Assembly: GCF_004010195.1 (NCBI RefSeq)
Contig: NC_057719.1
Span: 26,571,537 to 26,635,536 of the forward strand
DNA from: Chiloscyllium plagiosum
Taxonomy: Eukaryota
Length of the DNA: 64,000 bases
Direction of reading: 5' to 3'
In this document: positions 39,278 to 52,441 of the stretch, piece after piece
How positions within the stretch are numbered: the first letter of the stretch is position 1
How the letters are laid out: each line of letters begins with the position of its first letter
Position numbers and translations under genes: made by a program
The notes under the pieces: model-generated
Told to the model about the DNA's origin: nothing
The model's database searches: none
Seen by the model: only the letters and a program-made list of their open reading frames with translations

Positions 39278-40300
39278 TATAAGACCATAAGACATAGGAG
39301 CGGAAGTAAGGCCATTCGGCCCATCGAGTCCACTCCGCCATTCAATCATGGCTGATGGGCATTTCAACTCCACTTACCCGCATTCTCCCTGTAGCCCTTA
39401 ATTCCTTGTGACATCAAGAATTTATCAATTTCAGCCTTGAAGACATTTAGTGTCCCAGCCTCCACTGCACTCTGTGGCAATGAATTCCACAGGGGAAAGT
39501 GAGGTCTGCAGATGCTGGAGATCAGAGCTGAAAATGTGTTGCTGGAAAAGCGCAGCAGGTCAGGCAGCATCCAGGGAACAGGAGAATCGACGTTTCGGGC
39601 CCACAATGAATTCCACAGGCCCACCACTCTCTGGCTGAAGAAATGTCTCCGCATTTCTGTTCTGAATTTACCCCCTCTAATTCTAAGGCTGTGTCCACGG
39701 GTCCTAGTCTCCTCGCCTAACGGAAACAATTTCCTAGCATCCATCCTTTCCAAGCCATGCATTATCTTGTAAGTTTCTATTAGATCTCCCCTTAATCTTC
39801 TAAACTCCAATGAATACAATCCCAGGATCCTCAGCCGTTCCTCGTATGTTAGACCTACCATTCCAGGAATCATCCGTGTGAATCTCCGCTGGGCACGCTC
39901 CAGTGCCAGTATGTCCTTCCTGAGGTGTGGAGACCAAAACTGGACACAGTACTCCAAATGGAGCCTAACCAGAGCTTTATAAAGTCTCAGTAGCACAACA
40001 GTGCTTTTATATTCCAACCCCCTTGAGATAATTAACAACATTACATTGAATTCCATCAACCATTTCCTGGACCACTCCTCCAAACTGTCTAGATCCTTCT
40101 GCAGCCTCCCCACTTCCTCAGTACTACCTGCCTGTCCACCTAACCTTGTATCGTCGGCAAACTTCGCCCAGTCCCTTCTTCCGGATCATTAATATATAAT
40201 GTGAACAGCTGCGGCCCCAACACTGAACCCTGCAGGATACCGCTTGTCACCGGCTGCCATTCCGAAAAAGAACCTTTTATCCCAACTCTGTCTCCTGTCA
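39278..40300 (-). mobile_element. Second CR1 subfamily (ataagacc tail), internally deleted, nested in the 36637-41050 CR1
   Basis: Tail ataagaccataagacataggag; ORF 39364-40113 LYKALVRLHLEYCVQFWSPHLRKD; GILQGSVLGPQLFTLYIND. Confidence 0.88.
39494..39603 (-). mobile_element. Family A Penelope-like single-arm insertion including tail
   Basis: ggaaagtgaggtctgcagatgctggagatcagagctgaaaatgtg...gacgtttcgggc; TSD caatgaattccacagg at 39478-39493 and 39604-39619. Confidence 0.82.
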
Positions 40301-41050
40301 GACAGACTGCTCCCTTGCTGTTTCTAACTTCCACCCATACTGATGCACTCTGATTAGCGGTGATGCACTCTGATTAGCAATGCTACCTGCTCCTCCCCAC
40401 CATTCTTTAGCAACCACAAGTGCCCTTATGAAACCCACGTCTCTGTTAATGGGTATAACATCATAGTGCCAAGTACTAATCCACGCTAGAAGTTCGTCAC
40501 TCTTATTTCTGACACTCCTTGCATTAAAGCAGACACACTTTAACCGATCCTTTTGTTCCATCACATGAAAAACCTTCCCGATAGATTCACTACTTCATGT
40601 CACTGCCTCGTTGACAACTAGACCCACCTTCCCACCCCCCTCAGATGTGTAGCTCTGGTTCCCACCCCCCCTGCTAAACCAGTTTTAAACCTTCCTAAAC
40701 CACTCAAGCCATTCTCCCAGCCAGGACTTTTTGCACCTCCAGTTTAGGTACAATCTGTCCTTCATATACAGGTCCCACCTTCCCCAGAAGGCACCCCAAT
40801 GGTCTAAGTACGTGAAGTCCTCCCTCCTGCACCAGCCGTGCAGCCACGTGTTAAGCTGTACTTACTGACTGTTCCTCATCTCACTGTCCTGTGGCACTGG
40901 TAGCAAATCTGAGAACACTACACTACTTGTCCTGCTCTTCTGATTCCCATCCTAGCTCTCTGAAGTCACTATTCAGATCCTCAGTCCCTTTCCTGGCTAC
41001 GTCATTGGTGCCAGTATGTATCACGATTTCTGGCTGCTCACCCTCCCCCA
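40300..41050 (-). mobile_element. 5' part of the CR1 at 36637 (EN N-terminus and ORF1 esterase remnant)
   Basis: LKCVCFNARSVRNKSDELLAWISTWHYDVI (APE endonuclease start); minus-strand HTGTNDV esterase motif near 41000-41020. Confidence 0.8.
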
Positions 41051-41416
41051 AAACTTGGGTGCAGGCCATCCAGTTCTAAATAAGTAAGAGATAAGGAGAT
41101 CTTTCATCATTTTCTAAAATGCAAGTGAAGTCAGTAATAAAATGTAGTATGTTGGTCACCAATGTTAAAAATTACATCTGTAGCATTTCTTGGCTAGCTA
41201 GCAGTACACTTTCTAAATTAACACCCTGCCTGTAGTTTCAGGTTTGAACTCTCTCTAATTCAGAATATTAAAACAATAGTTTTAAAGTTTTTAAATGTTT
41301 TGAGAATATTTGGGCATTGATACGACAAGTTTGGTGTTTCTTTTTTTCTTTCCGTAAAAATGCAAGTGTCGCTTGCTGTTTAAGCACACACTTTTACACT
41401 TCAGTTTTCTTTACAG

Positions 41417-41476
41417 ATTTGTTTATGAAACAGAACGTTTTAATGGTGTAGCAGAGCTTCTGGAAATATTAGGAAG
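41417..41476 (+). CDS. PPP2R5E: B56 epsilon-type coding exon (60 nt)
   Basis: ttacag|ATTTGT...GGAAG|gtaagc; (Q)FVYETERFNGVAELLEILG(S); phase matches both neighbours. Confidence 0.95.
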
Positions 41477-41571
41477 GTAAGCAACCTCACACCTAATTAT
41501 TAAGCTTAGTTACAAATTCATAGAATTCTGATTCTTTTCTGATTCTTTTATTAATTCGTAACATCAAAATT

Positions 41572-41900
41572 TAGATTACATTACATTAGATTACATTACA
41601 GTGTGGAAACAGGCCCTTCGGCCCAACAAGTCCACACCGACCCGCCGAAGCGAAACCCACCCATACCCCTACATGTACCAACACTACATGTAATCCCCTT
41701 ATCCAACACCTACAGGCAATTTAGTATGGCCAATTCACCTGACCCTGCACATCTTTGGATGGTGGGAGGAAACCGGAGCACCCGGAGGAAACCCACGCAG
41801 ACACGCAAATCCACACAGTCAGTCGTCTGAGGCGGGAATTGAACCCGGGTCTCTGGCGCTGTGAGGCAGCAGTGCTAACCACTGTGCCACGGTGCCGCCC
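41572..41900 (-). mobile_element. HE1-like SINE, full length, young
   Basis: gggcggcaccgtggcacagtggttagc...ccgggttcaattcccgcc on minus strand; (taatg)n-like tail; CpGs retained. Confidence 0.9.
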
Positions 41901-42707
41901 ACATAATAGACTACCTTGGGAGCAGTGACCAAAATATTACTCAATTTTACATTGTTTGAAAGGGTGATGATTGGGTCTAAGAGTGATATTTTACAATTAC
42001 TGACAGCTGTATGAACATGAAACTCAGCTAGCTGAATTGACCCGGTACACCAGACTATTGGATGTATGTATAAAGATGGCATTAAAAGGGTTATTTTCGA
42101 ATACTCTTAAGTATATTCCTACGATAAAGAAAGACTTCTCCAGGAAAGAGCCAGCATCTGTGGCCAACTAAACATATTCAGGAAAGCATAGAATTGCACA
42201 AAGGTGAGTGACCAGTTGGATAATTGATCAGAATATTAAGAATATCAGAATAGCAACAAGGTTACTCAGGAGGAAGTGAGCTAGAAAATGGATAGTAAGA
42301 ATATTTAAAAAGGAAATGTGAAAGTATATTGTGTTCCTCTAGAGTAAAAATGGGCAGTTAATAAATAGTAGTTCAGTCAAGAGTGCAGAAGGGCATGCCA
42401 GGAGCTTCACTAGACTAATCTAAAAATGAGCAGTCAAGTGAGAAGCTACAAAATAGGACTAATGTGCTAAACAGCACAAAGAGCCAGTGATGGATTGAGC
42501 TAAGCAATCTGGCAACCAGCAGATCAGATCTAAGCTCAGTTGTGAATGGTTGTGGACAATTAAACAACTTGCTGGAAGACTATGTTGCACAAGTATCCCC
42601 ATTTTCAATACTGTGGGAGCCCTGCACATCAGTTCAAAAGGCTGATGCATTGGCAACAATCTTCTCTCAGTGCTGTGTGGATGATCCATCTTGGCCTCCT
42701 TTAGAGG

Positions 42708-44199
42708 TTGAAAATGTGTTGCTGGAAAAGCGCAGCAGGTCAGGCAGCATCCAAGGAACAGGAGAATTGACGTTTCGGGCATAAGCCCTTCAGGAATGAG
42801 GAAAGTGTGTCCAGCAGGCTAAGATAAAAGGTAGGGAGGAGGGACTTGGGAGGGGCATTGGAAATGCAATAGATGGAAGGAGGTCAAGGTGAGGGTGATA
42901 GGCCGGAGTGGGGTGGGGGCGGAGAGGTCAGGAAGAAGATTGCAGGTTAGGAAGGCGGTGCTGAGTTCGAGGGATTTGACTGAGACAAGGTGGGGGGAGG
43001 GGAAATGAGGAAACTGGAGAAACCTGAGTTCATCCCTTGTGGTTGGAGGGTCCCTAGGCGGAAGATGAGGCGCTCTTCCTACAGCCGTTGTGTTGCTATG
43101 GTCTGGCGATGGAGGAGTCCAAGGACCTGCATCATCTGTGGCATCCGCTGCCCCGATGTGGCCTCCTCTATGTTGGGGNNNNNNNNNNNNNNNNNNNNNN
43201 NNNNNNNNNNNNNNNNNNNNNNNNNNNNNNNNNNNNNNNNNNNNNNNNNNNNNNNNNNNNNNNNNNNNNNNNNNNNNNNNNNNNNNNNNNNNNNNNNNNN
43301 NNNNNNNNNNNNNNNNNNNNNNNNNNNNNNNNNNNNNNNNNNNNNNNNNNNNNNNNNNNNNNNNNNNNNNNNNNNNNNNNNNNNNNNNNNNNNNNNNNNN
43401 NNNNNNNNNNNNNNNNNNNNNNNNNNNNNNNNNNNNNNNNNNNNNNNNNNNNNNNNNNNNNNNNNNNNNNNNNNNNNNNNNNNNNNNNNNNNNNNNNNNN
43501 NNNNNNNNNNNNNNNNNNNNNNNNNNNNNNNNNNNNNNNNNNNNNNNNNNNNNNNNNNNNNNNNNNNNNNNNNNNNNNNNNNNNNNNNNNNNNNNNNNNN
43601 NNNNNNNNNNNNNNNNNNNNNNNNNNNNNNNNNNNNNNNNNNNNNNNNNNNNNNNNNNNNNNNNNNNNNNNNNNNNNNNNNNNNNNNNNNNNNNNNNNNN
43701 NNNNNNNNNNNNNNNNNNNNNNNNNNNNNNNNNNNNNNNNNNNNNNNNNNNNNNNNNNNNNNNNNNNNNNNNNNNNNNNNNNNNNNNNNNNNNNNNNNNN
43801 NNNNNNNNNNNNNNNNNNNNNNNNNNNNNNNNNNNNNNNNNNNNNNNNNNNNNNNNNNNNNNNNNNNNNNNNNNNNNNNNNNNNNNNNNNNNNNNNNNNN
43901 NAAATCCCTCGAACTCAGCACCGCCTTCCTAACCTGCAATCTTCTTCCTGACCTCTCCGCCCCCACCCCACTCTGGCCTATCACCCTCACCTTGACCTCC
44001 TTCCACCTATCGCATTTCCAACGCCCCTCCTTCCTACCTTTTATCTTAGCCTGCTGGACACACTTTCCTCATTCCTGAAGAAGGGCTTATGCCCGAAACG
44101 TCAATTCTCCTGTTCTTTGGATGCTGCCTGATCTGCTGCGCTGTTCCAGCAACACATTTTCAGCTCTGATCTCCAGCATCTACAGTCCTCACTTTCTCT
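42708..44199. mobile_element. Penelope-like element family A, long inverted form with GIY-YIG remnants
   Basis: Left arm (minus) MQVLGLLHRQTIATQRL*EERLIFRLGTLQPQGMN; right arm (plus) begins IRC..RCGLLYVG; TSD tcctttagagg at 42697-42707 and 44200-44210; N gap 43179-43901. Confidence 0.85.
44071..44107 (+). ncRNA. Hammerhead-like core in family A terminal repeat
   Basis: CUGAAGA-A-GGGC(UUAU)GCCC-GAAAC-GUC; stem I is weak in this copy. Confidence 0.5.
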
Positions 44200-44759
44200 T
44201 CCTTTAGAGGCTCTCAGCATCTCAAATGCCAGTCTTTAGCCAATTCAATTCACTCTACATGGTAGCAAGAAATGGTTGGAGGCATTGAATACTGCCCCAA
44301 ATACATTCTTGCAATGATACTGAAGACTTGTGCTCCTGGACTTGCTATACCCCTAACCCACATGTTTCAGTACTGCAACGATATCCAACTGTTTGGAAAA
44401 TTGCCCAGGTATGTCCTGCACACAAAAAGGACGCATCCAACCTGGCCAGTTACTGCCCCATCAGTCTACTCTCAATCAGCAGTAAACAGATGGAAGGTGT
44501 CATCAACAGTGCTATCAAGCAGCGCCTGCTCAGCAATAACCTGCTTAGTAATGCAGAGTTTGGATTCCACTAGGCCTGCTCAGCTCCTAACCTTATTACA
44601 GCCTAGGTTCAAGCATGGATAAAAGAGCTGAATTCCAGGTGAGTGTGATAGCCCTTGACATCAAGACCATATTTGGTCAGTGCATTTAGCTGTTAATTGA
44701 AAGTTGGTGGTTTGAGACCACCCAGGGATGGAGTGATTGCTGTTCTAACTCCATCAGTT

Positions 44760-46670
44760 TCACTAAAATAGGAGGCATCGTGGACAGTGAGGAAGGTCGT
44801 CAGAAACTGCAGCTGGACCTTGATCAGATGGGGAAGTGAGCCGAGAAATGGAAAATGGTGTTTAGAACATAGAAAAGTACAGCACACAACAGGCCCTTAG
44901 GCCCACGAAGTTGTGCTGAGACTTAATCCTAATATAAAATATAGTAACTTAACCTACGCACACTTCAACTCACTGCTGTCCATGTTCATGTCCAGCAGTC
45001 ATTTAAATGACCCCATTTGCTTCGCTTCCACCACCTCAACTGGCAATGCATTCCATGCATTCACAGCTCTCTGCGTAAAGAACCTCCTTTATACCTTGCT
45101 CCTAATATCTTCAAACCATGACTTCTCGTACCAATCAATCCTGCCCTGAGGAAAAGTCTCTGGCTATTGACTCTATCTATGCCTCTCATTATTTTGTACA
45201 CCTCAATTAGGTCTCCTCTCTTCCTTCTCTCCAGAGAGACGTCTGAGCTTATTCAATCTCTCTTCATAAGGCAAGCCCTCCAGCCGAGGCAGCATCCTGG
45301 TAAACCTTCTTTGCACCCTCTCCAAAGCGTCTATCTGCCCTATAGTAGGGCGACCAGAACTGGACACAATATTCCAAATGTGGTCTCACCAGGGACTCGT
45401 AGAGCTGCAGCAAAACCTCACGGCTCTTAAACTCCTGTACTTCCAAAATGCATCACTTCGCATTTATCCAGGTTGAACTCCATCTCGCATTTCTCAGCCC
45501 AGCTCTGCATCCTGTCTATGTCGCGCTGCAGTCTGCAGTAGCCCTCTACACAATCGACAACACTTCCAACCTTTGTCATCTGCAAATTTACCAACCCACC
45601 CCTTGACCTCATCAAAGTCATTTATAAAAACTACAAAGGGCAGAGGCCCAAGAACAGAGCCCTGCGGGACTCCCCTCGATACTGTCCTCCAGGAAGAATA
45701 TTTTCTATCTACAACCACTCTCTCTGCCTTCTGTCAGCCAACCAATTCTAAATCCAGATAGCCAAATCTCCCTGTATCCCATACTTCCTGACTTTATGAA
45801 TGAGCCTACCATGGGGAACCCTATCAAATGCCTTGCTGAAATCCATATACACCACATCCACTGCTCTGTCGTTGTCGACCTGTCTTGACACCTCCTCAAA
45901 GAACTTTAATATAGATAAGTGAGAGATTTTGCGTTTTGGAAAATCAATTCAAGATAGGAGAGAATGTTCAGGCCTTTGGGAGTATAGTGGAATATAAGGG
46001 TCTTGAAGTTGAGGTCCACAGTTCTCTGACCGTGGAGTCACAGGTAGATAGGACAGTGATGAAGGCTTTTGGCACACTGGCCTTCATCAGTCAGGGCATT
46101 GAGAAGTTGGGGAGTTATGTTGCAGTTGTACAGGACATTGGTAAGGCCACACTTGGTGAATTGTGTTCAGTTTTGGTCACCATGCTGTAGGAAGGATGTT
46201 ATTAAACTGGAAAGAGTGCAGAAGAAATTTATAAGGGTGTTGCCTGGATTCAAGGGACTGAGTTATAGAGGTTGGACATGTGTATGACTCTTTTTTTCTT
46301 TAGAGTGTAGGAAACTGAGGGGTGATATTATAGCAGTGTATAAGATCATGGACAGGGTGAATGCATTCTCTTTTTTTTTTTCTCAGGGTTGGGGAATCAA
46401 GGGCTAGAGGGCATCAGTTTAAGATTAGAGGGGAAAGAATAAAAGGGAACCTGGGAGGCAACCTTTTTACACAGAGGGGTTGGAATGCATATGGAATGAG
46501 CTGCCAGTGGAAGTGGTTGAAGTGGGTACTTTAACAACATTTTAAAAGGCATTTAGACAAACGTGGATAAGAACAACTTAGAAGGGTACAGCGGAATGGG
46601 GTTAGCGTTGATGAACATTTTAGTCATATCGGCTAGTTTGGGCCTGTCTCCGTGCTGTAGAACTCTTTAG
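44760..46670 (+). mobile_element. CR1 3' fragment interrupted at 44863-45906
   Basis: gacagtgaggaagg...ctggaccttgatcag...atggtgttta resumes as atatagataag; MLQLYRTLVRPHLVNCVQFWSP; tail near 46660. Confidence 0.82.
44863..45906 (-). mobile_element. CR1 RT/3' fragment, same subfamily as 36637, nested in a + strand CR1
   Basis: GVPQGSVLGPLPFVVFINDFDE...KFADD; 3' region matches 36640-37200. Confidence 0.9.
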
Positions 46671-46677
46671 AATCAGA

Positions 46678-47022
46678 GAATCATGGAAACAGGCCCTTTG
46701 GCCCAACAAGTCCACACTGACCCTCTGCAGAGTATCCCACCCCAACCTATTTCCCTACCCTATTACTCGACATTTATCCCTGACTAATGCACCTAACCTA
46801 CATATCCCTGAACGCTATGGCCAATTCACCTAACCTGCACATCTTTGGATTGTGGGAGGAAACCGGAGCACTTTGAGGAAACCCATGCACACACTGGGAG
46901 AATGTGCAAATTCCACACAGCCAGTCGCCTGAGGCTGGAATTGTTTCCGGGTCCTTGGCTCTGTGAGGCAGCAGTGCTGACCGCCAAGCCGCAGTGCTGA
47001 CCGCCAAGCCACCGTGCCGCCC
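46678..47022 (-). mobile_element. HE1-like SINE with a 20-bp tandem duplication in the tRNA head
   Basis: gcagtgctgaccgccaagcc repeated twice at about 46972-47010; body matches the other SINE copies. Confidence 0.85.
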
Positions 47023-47509
47023 AGATGAGACTCTAACTGAATCTGACAGCAAAGAGCCCTTGCACAACTGGAGTCAATGGGAATCTGGAATCGAGGGTGG
47101 GGAGAAACTCTCTGCTGGTTGGGGTAATACCTGGGACATACAAAGCCAGTTGGCGGTCAGTCATCTCAGCTCCAGGACATCTCTACAGTAGTTTAAGGTA
47201 GTTTCCTAGGCCCAACCATCTTCAGCTGCTTCATCAATGACCTTCCTTCAGTCACAGGATCAGAAGTGGGGACGTTCCCTGATTGTGCAATGTTCAGCAC
47301 CATACGTGACGACTCAGATATTAAGGCAGTCCATGTCCAAATACAACACTACCTCGACCAATTTAGACTGAAAAAAGGCTAGCGGCATTCACATCACACA
47401 AATATTAGGCAATGACCATCTTCACAAGAGACAATCTAAACACTTCCCCATGACATTCAGTGGTGTCACCATCACTAAATTCCTCACTGTCAACATCCTT
47501 TGGTAACCT

Positions 47510-47850
47510 ACTTCCTAACTGAATTTAAATGGGTTAAATGCAGGCAGGATGTTTCCAATGACCATGAAGTCCAGAACCAGGGATCACAATCTAAGGACAC
47601 TGAATCAGTTATTCAGCAGGACTGGGATGAGAAGAAATTTCTTCACCTAGAGAGTAGTGAGTCTGTGAAGTTCTACCATAGAAAACAATTGACAAAGAAA
47701 TGTTTAATATTTTCAAAGAGGAGTTAAGTTAATTCTTGGGGCTATAGAGATCAAATCATATGGGGAGAAGGAAGTGACAGGTTACTGAGTTGGATAATCA
47801 GCACAATCATACTAAATGGCAGAGCAGACTCAAAGAGCTAAATGACCATC
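47510..47850 (+). mobile_element. CR1 3' fragment
   Basis: gtccagaaccagggatcacaatctaagg...gataatcagc...ggcagagcagactc; CR1-type 3' UTR. Confidence 0.65.
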
Positions 47851-48814
47851 ACCTACATTTAAATGAAACTGCCTCAAAAGTAGGCTACTGCGTTTTACCC
47901 TTTGCCCAACTATACAGGAAATTCTTTATCCAAGATTTGCACATGGAGTTATGCCCAATATATCCTTCATTTCTGATGTTCGACCTTATTACTGATGTAA
48001 AATAAAAGAGACTGATTGTAAACAGTTCAGTTCTGAGTTCTCAACTGCAGCCAGATATTTACATGCTTTAAATAGGTTCAAGAATTTATAAACGGCTGTA
48101 ACTGGCTTTTTAGAACACTTCTTTGCAGTGGCCTGAAGGGGTCAGGCGATGTTAAACACATTACTGTACTCCAAGTATTACAGGAATAGGCATTGCATTA
48201 TTTAATAAATTACTTGTATAACATGTCTCTTACAGTGCATTGATTCAGTTTCTTTTCTCTTTGCTCTGAAATTTTGGAGGGTGGGGCTGGGAAGGAAATG
48301 GAAGCGGGGGAAGTAAATGAGCTGTGTGGACTGGAGAGTTGTCCGCAATATATCATTGCGATTCTGTGGTTGTCTTTCTAAGACTTTAAGTTCTAAAACA
48401 ATTGATAGTTAAGCTGACTTATTTTACACATTTGTCACACGTGCTTACAGAAGTGGCCTTGAAATGTTGATGAATTTATATCATTGTGGTTTTCTAATCC
48501 AGTGCTCTCATTCTGCTGGCCTTACTTGGCACAGTTGTATGTACTACAACGTGTAGATGTGAAAAGGGAGGTCGTCTTTTTGATTTTTGTCAAACAAGGC
48601 CAACATAAGCATCTGCAGTTTGGTGAAAAAATGCCTGAAATGTTTAAAAATGTGAGCATTGAGCTACATGTAGAAGATGATGACTCTTTTAATTGGAACT
48701 GTTTCTTTTTATTTGATATCAACACTTTATTAATAAAGTTCTCGGAAAAATTGTAGAGTATTGTATACGTTTAAGGCTGTGGTGGATAAGCATTCCTTTT
48801 GTTTTTGTTGACAG

Positions 48815-48923
48815 TATAATAAATGGGTTTGCATTGCCCCTGAAGGCTGAACACAAACAATTTCTGATTAAGGTTCTGCTCCCTTTGCATACTGTGAGGA
48901 GTTTATCACTTTTCCATGCACAG
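48815..48923 (+). CDS. PPP2R5E: B56 epsilon-type coding exon (109 nt)
   Basis: tgacag|TATAAT...GCACAG|gtagga; (S)[36 protein letters not shown]. Confidence 0.95.
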
Positions 48924-49863
48924 GTAGGAATGTTACTTGATTTACTTATTTTTCTAGTGCTAGATTATTCAGATTGAGATTGCTCATGTCCAGAGGTGTA
49001 AGTGACCATTGATACCATTCATGTGTGAAATTCTGCCATAAACGGCAGACATGATCATTCCCATTTCACTTAAGTCTCCATTTTGCAAAACAGTTTACAT
49101 TATTTTCTCCTTTCAAAGGCTATAAGTCTAACCTCCTCCCAAGTAGAGGAGAGCATGAGTTACTGCTATTTATATTTTGTTTTGACAATCTTTAGCAGTC
49201 TTTTGATTGTCAACAGATTTTCTAACTGTTTGAATAGTTTGTTAATGTTCTTTGACAGCAAAGCATAATCTGTCCTTTGAATTCATTCAATCCTATTTGG
49301 CTGCAACTTATCCTCAGGTCATTTGCAACGAGAACAGGGTCTATTATGAATTTTTCCAGTCATAAACATGTGCAGCATTTATCTTTGTGTTCCATGGTCA
49401 AATGACTTTTTAAAGTATGTGACCTGGAATTTATTTGGAAAAATAATTTGTGAAATCAAACAGGATTTTTTTTTAGAAAATAAACAAAATGCCGTAGAGA
49501 AAATTCACAGGATCAATACAGAATAGATGCTGAGATGGGAAGTGGTGCCATGATTCTTGAGTTCCAAACAATCTTTTCATTTAATGGCAAAGCTGAATCC
49601 CTTGTTGCAAATTTGGAATGCTTAAACTGGTCCTTTTATGGTTCTGGCCAGCACTCATGTTATTTGTTGTTTTTCACCAATACTGTGTTTAAATTTATTT
49701 GATGTACTCAATCATCTCATGAATGTAAACTGAGATCAAGACTGATCAATCTTCCCATTGTGTCCTGCCTGTATCTTATAAAGGCAACTCTGGATGTTGG
49801 TTGAGGATATTCCCGTAATGAACTTAGTGCCACCAACCAAATGTAGGTTATGTCAAAAAGTTG

Positions 49864-50050
49864 AAAATGTGTTGCTGGAAAAGCGCAGCAGGTCAGGCAG
49901 CATCCAGGGAACAGGAGAATCGACGTTTCGGGCATAAGCCCTTCTTCAGGAGGGCGTCTCCTGTTCCCTGGATGCTGCCTGACCTGCTGCGCTTTTCCAG
50001 CAACACATTTTCAGCTCTGATCTCCAGCATCTGCAGACCTCACTTTCTCC
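49864..50050. mobile_element. Family A Penelope-like fold-back microelement, young
   Basis: Perfect inverted arms of about 55 nt; TSD tatgtcaaaaagttg at 49849-49863 and 50051-50065; minus-strand CUGAAGAAGGGCUUAUGCCCGAAACGUC. Confidence 0.85.
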
Positions 50051-52387
50051 TATGTCAAAAAGTTGCACCGTAGAACTACCTTGAAAATTTCAGTTTTGCA
50101 TATGGCAAGTGTATTCAAGTATGCTTTACCCAGTTTTCAAATTAGCAATTTTCTGATGAAGTTTGAGAGATATGGGATTATTTCTGAGATACTGCTCTGA
50201 ATAATTAATGCTGTTGAAGAGTAAACTTTGATTTGATCTAGGAAACACAGCAGACAATTTATGCACAGCAAGCTCTCTCAGACGGCAGTTGATAAAGGTG
50301 ATCTGTTTTTGTAATGAAGTAGAAATCAAGTTGAGACACTTTCTAATATTTTTGGTATATTACTGTATTAATATTCAAAATTATGTATTCCTAATTTTGG
50401 TTTGGGTATTGCAATGGGGATGCAGGGGAAAAATGATTAGAGATCTGAGTTAATTTGTAACTAAAGAAACCACTTTATAGGCAAATTCTGTGTAATTATG
50501 CTTGTACATTATTTAATACCTACGAATGCACACTAGTAACATTGTCAAATTATGATAATTAATGTTTCCAGTATTTGGTGAACAAACAAGATGGGGAAGA
50601 ACAAGTCAGGTGTTCTGACTGTACCTCAGTCTGTTTTTTGGATTTAATGGCTTCAAAACAGATTAGTTTAAAAGCTTAAAGAGTAGGATTCAAGAGTGTT
50701 GTGACCGTTTTTCATTTAATGGTTGTGAAAGGTAGTAACACGTACAGAAAACTGAGGAATGATCGACAGTCACCGTGGTAATCTCTGGGTTTATTTGTGA
50801 CTTTAATGAGAGCTGTCTCAGTGCAATGTTAAGAACAAAAACCTCATTGTTTGGATTCAAACGTGAATTTTCAGAAAGATGGGTTTCAGAAAGATTTTGA
50901 AATTAACAACACATTCAATTCTTTGGTGAGGGAAGGAAACTACTGTCGTGATTATTTTACTGAATGAGGAATTCAATGGCTAGCGGTAATTCGATGGCTA
51001 ATGATCTTGAGGTCAGATTCCAAAAAGTTTTTTTAAAAAGCAGCTTGGGAAGTTAAATTCAGGCAATTTGGGATATATCATAATCCATTTGTTTAGCTCC
51101 TGTCCTTGAGGAAAGAAAACCTATTGGCCTTTGTAACTCATAAACCACAACTGTAAGGTTAACTCTTCATTGTGTGCTGAAATTGCAGACCACCAATGGC
51201 TGAGGTGATTCACTCCTCCATTTTTGAGTGTGTTTGGAGATAAGCAGTAATTGGTGGCCTTTGTCCATATTACTATGAATATGTTTTTTTAGAAATAGAG
51301 AAGGAGTTCGTAGTTATGAAAGCTGGCTGTGAAACAATTCTTCCATGCTTTATATTGTTATAGCATTCTCCTAGGGACATTTAGAAATGATATGAAGAGT
51401 CCATGACTGGCTGTTGTGTGGGTTGAAGGACTCCATCCAATGTGGCTGGAGACTTTTTCTCAGTATGTGTTATGCCAACAATTGCGTTCATAAAGATCTC
51501 CACTGTGGTATAATTTCATTAGTAATTTTGTTAGCTAATCATAAGGAATTACGGATATACAATTTGTTTTTATTTAGCTGTGTACTGAAACTTGTCAGTA
51601 ACTCAGTTTCATTAAACTAAGTTTTTATGTGGTATGAGCAGTTGGTGACACAAGCATTACTGAAATCACATTAAGCATACCAGCTATTTTAGAGAACAGT
51701 TTTCAAAGTTTGTGCTCCAGTATATTTCAGATGTGTATGTTGCAAAGAAAGTAGTAATGATCTGTTTTATGTATTTTCTTTTTGCATTTTTTGCTTCGCT
51801 TGATAATTAAATTTCAGGAAAATTATGCAAATATTTGCACTTTGCTGCTACAGTATTGCAATTTACAAGCACGGTTATAAATTTAGATTCTCACAGTTGG
51901 GGAAGACTAGATGGAAGGAAGTTGAAGAAGTTGAAGAATTTGAAGAGTTTGTTCATAGTATTAAATTTGTTGTACAATAACCTCTTGCCCAAACAAAATA
52001 CTCCCTACCCGTCCTGCTCGGATAATTGTGGTTGTTCTGTAATGGGAAAATTGCATTGTTGTCATTATACCAGCTATAGGTGGTAGAACTGTAACAAGGT
52101 CGTAAGAAACAATACTGTACTACTCAAGGACAATAACTTACAGAAAAACCATCACAATTCTGTTTAATTTTTCTTTCTGATATACAATCTTGCATCTTTG
52201 TAATCTCAAAGGTGGATAGTATTTCAGGCAAAGCTTGATTGTAATACATGACCAATTTCTGCTGTCTTGATTTGATTTCTGTATGCATATTGTACAAAGA
52301 CTTTTGGTTTGGGTATGGTACAATTGGTATTTTTTTTAAAAGAAAGTGTTCTTTTTACTCTAACAGTCAATTTACTTTTATCAACAG

Positions 52388-52441
52388 CTGGCATATTGTG
52401 TAGTACAGTTTCTAGAAAAAGATCCAACGTTAACGGAACCG
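52388..52441 (+). CDS. PPP2R5E: B56 epsilon-type coding exon (54 nt)
   Basis: caacag|CTGGCA...GAACCG|gtaggt; [18 protein letters not shown]. Confidence 0.94.

Larger units (their letters stand above)
42380..47500 (+). mobile_element. Old non-LTR LINE (CR1/Crack/Daphne-like clade) split by nested insertions
   Basis: YPTVWKIAQVCPAHKKDASNLASYCPISLLSISSKQMEGVIN (44328-44573); resumes at about 47200 with LGPTIFSCFINDLPS. Confidence 0.7.

Noticed and set aside
39364..40113. 249-aa ORF as a chimeric CR1-PLE gene
   Set aside because: An in-frame PLE insertion plus TSD happens to keep a deleted CR1 fragment open; no start context or splice evidence.
42990..44078. Long ORFs (280-362 aa) in the ORF track
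   Set aside because: Artefacts of the 723-N gap; only the short GIY-YIG flanks are real.
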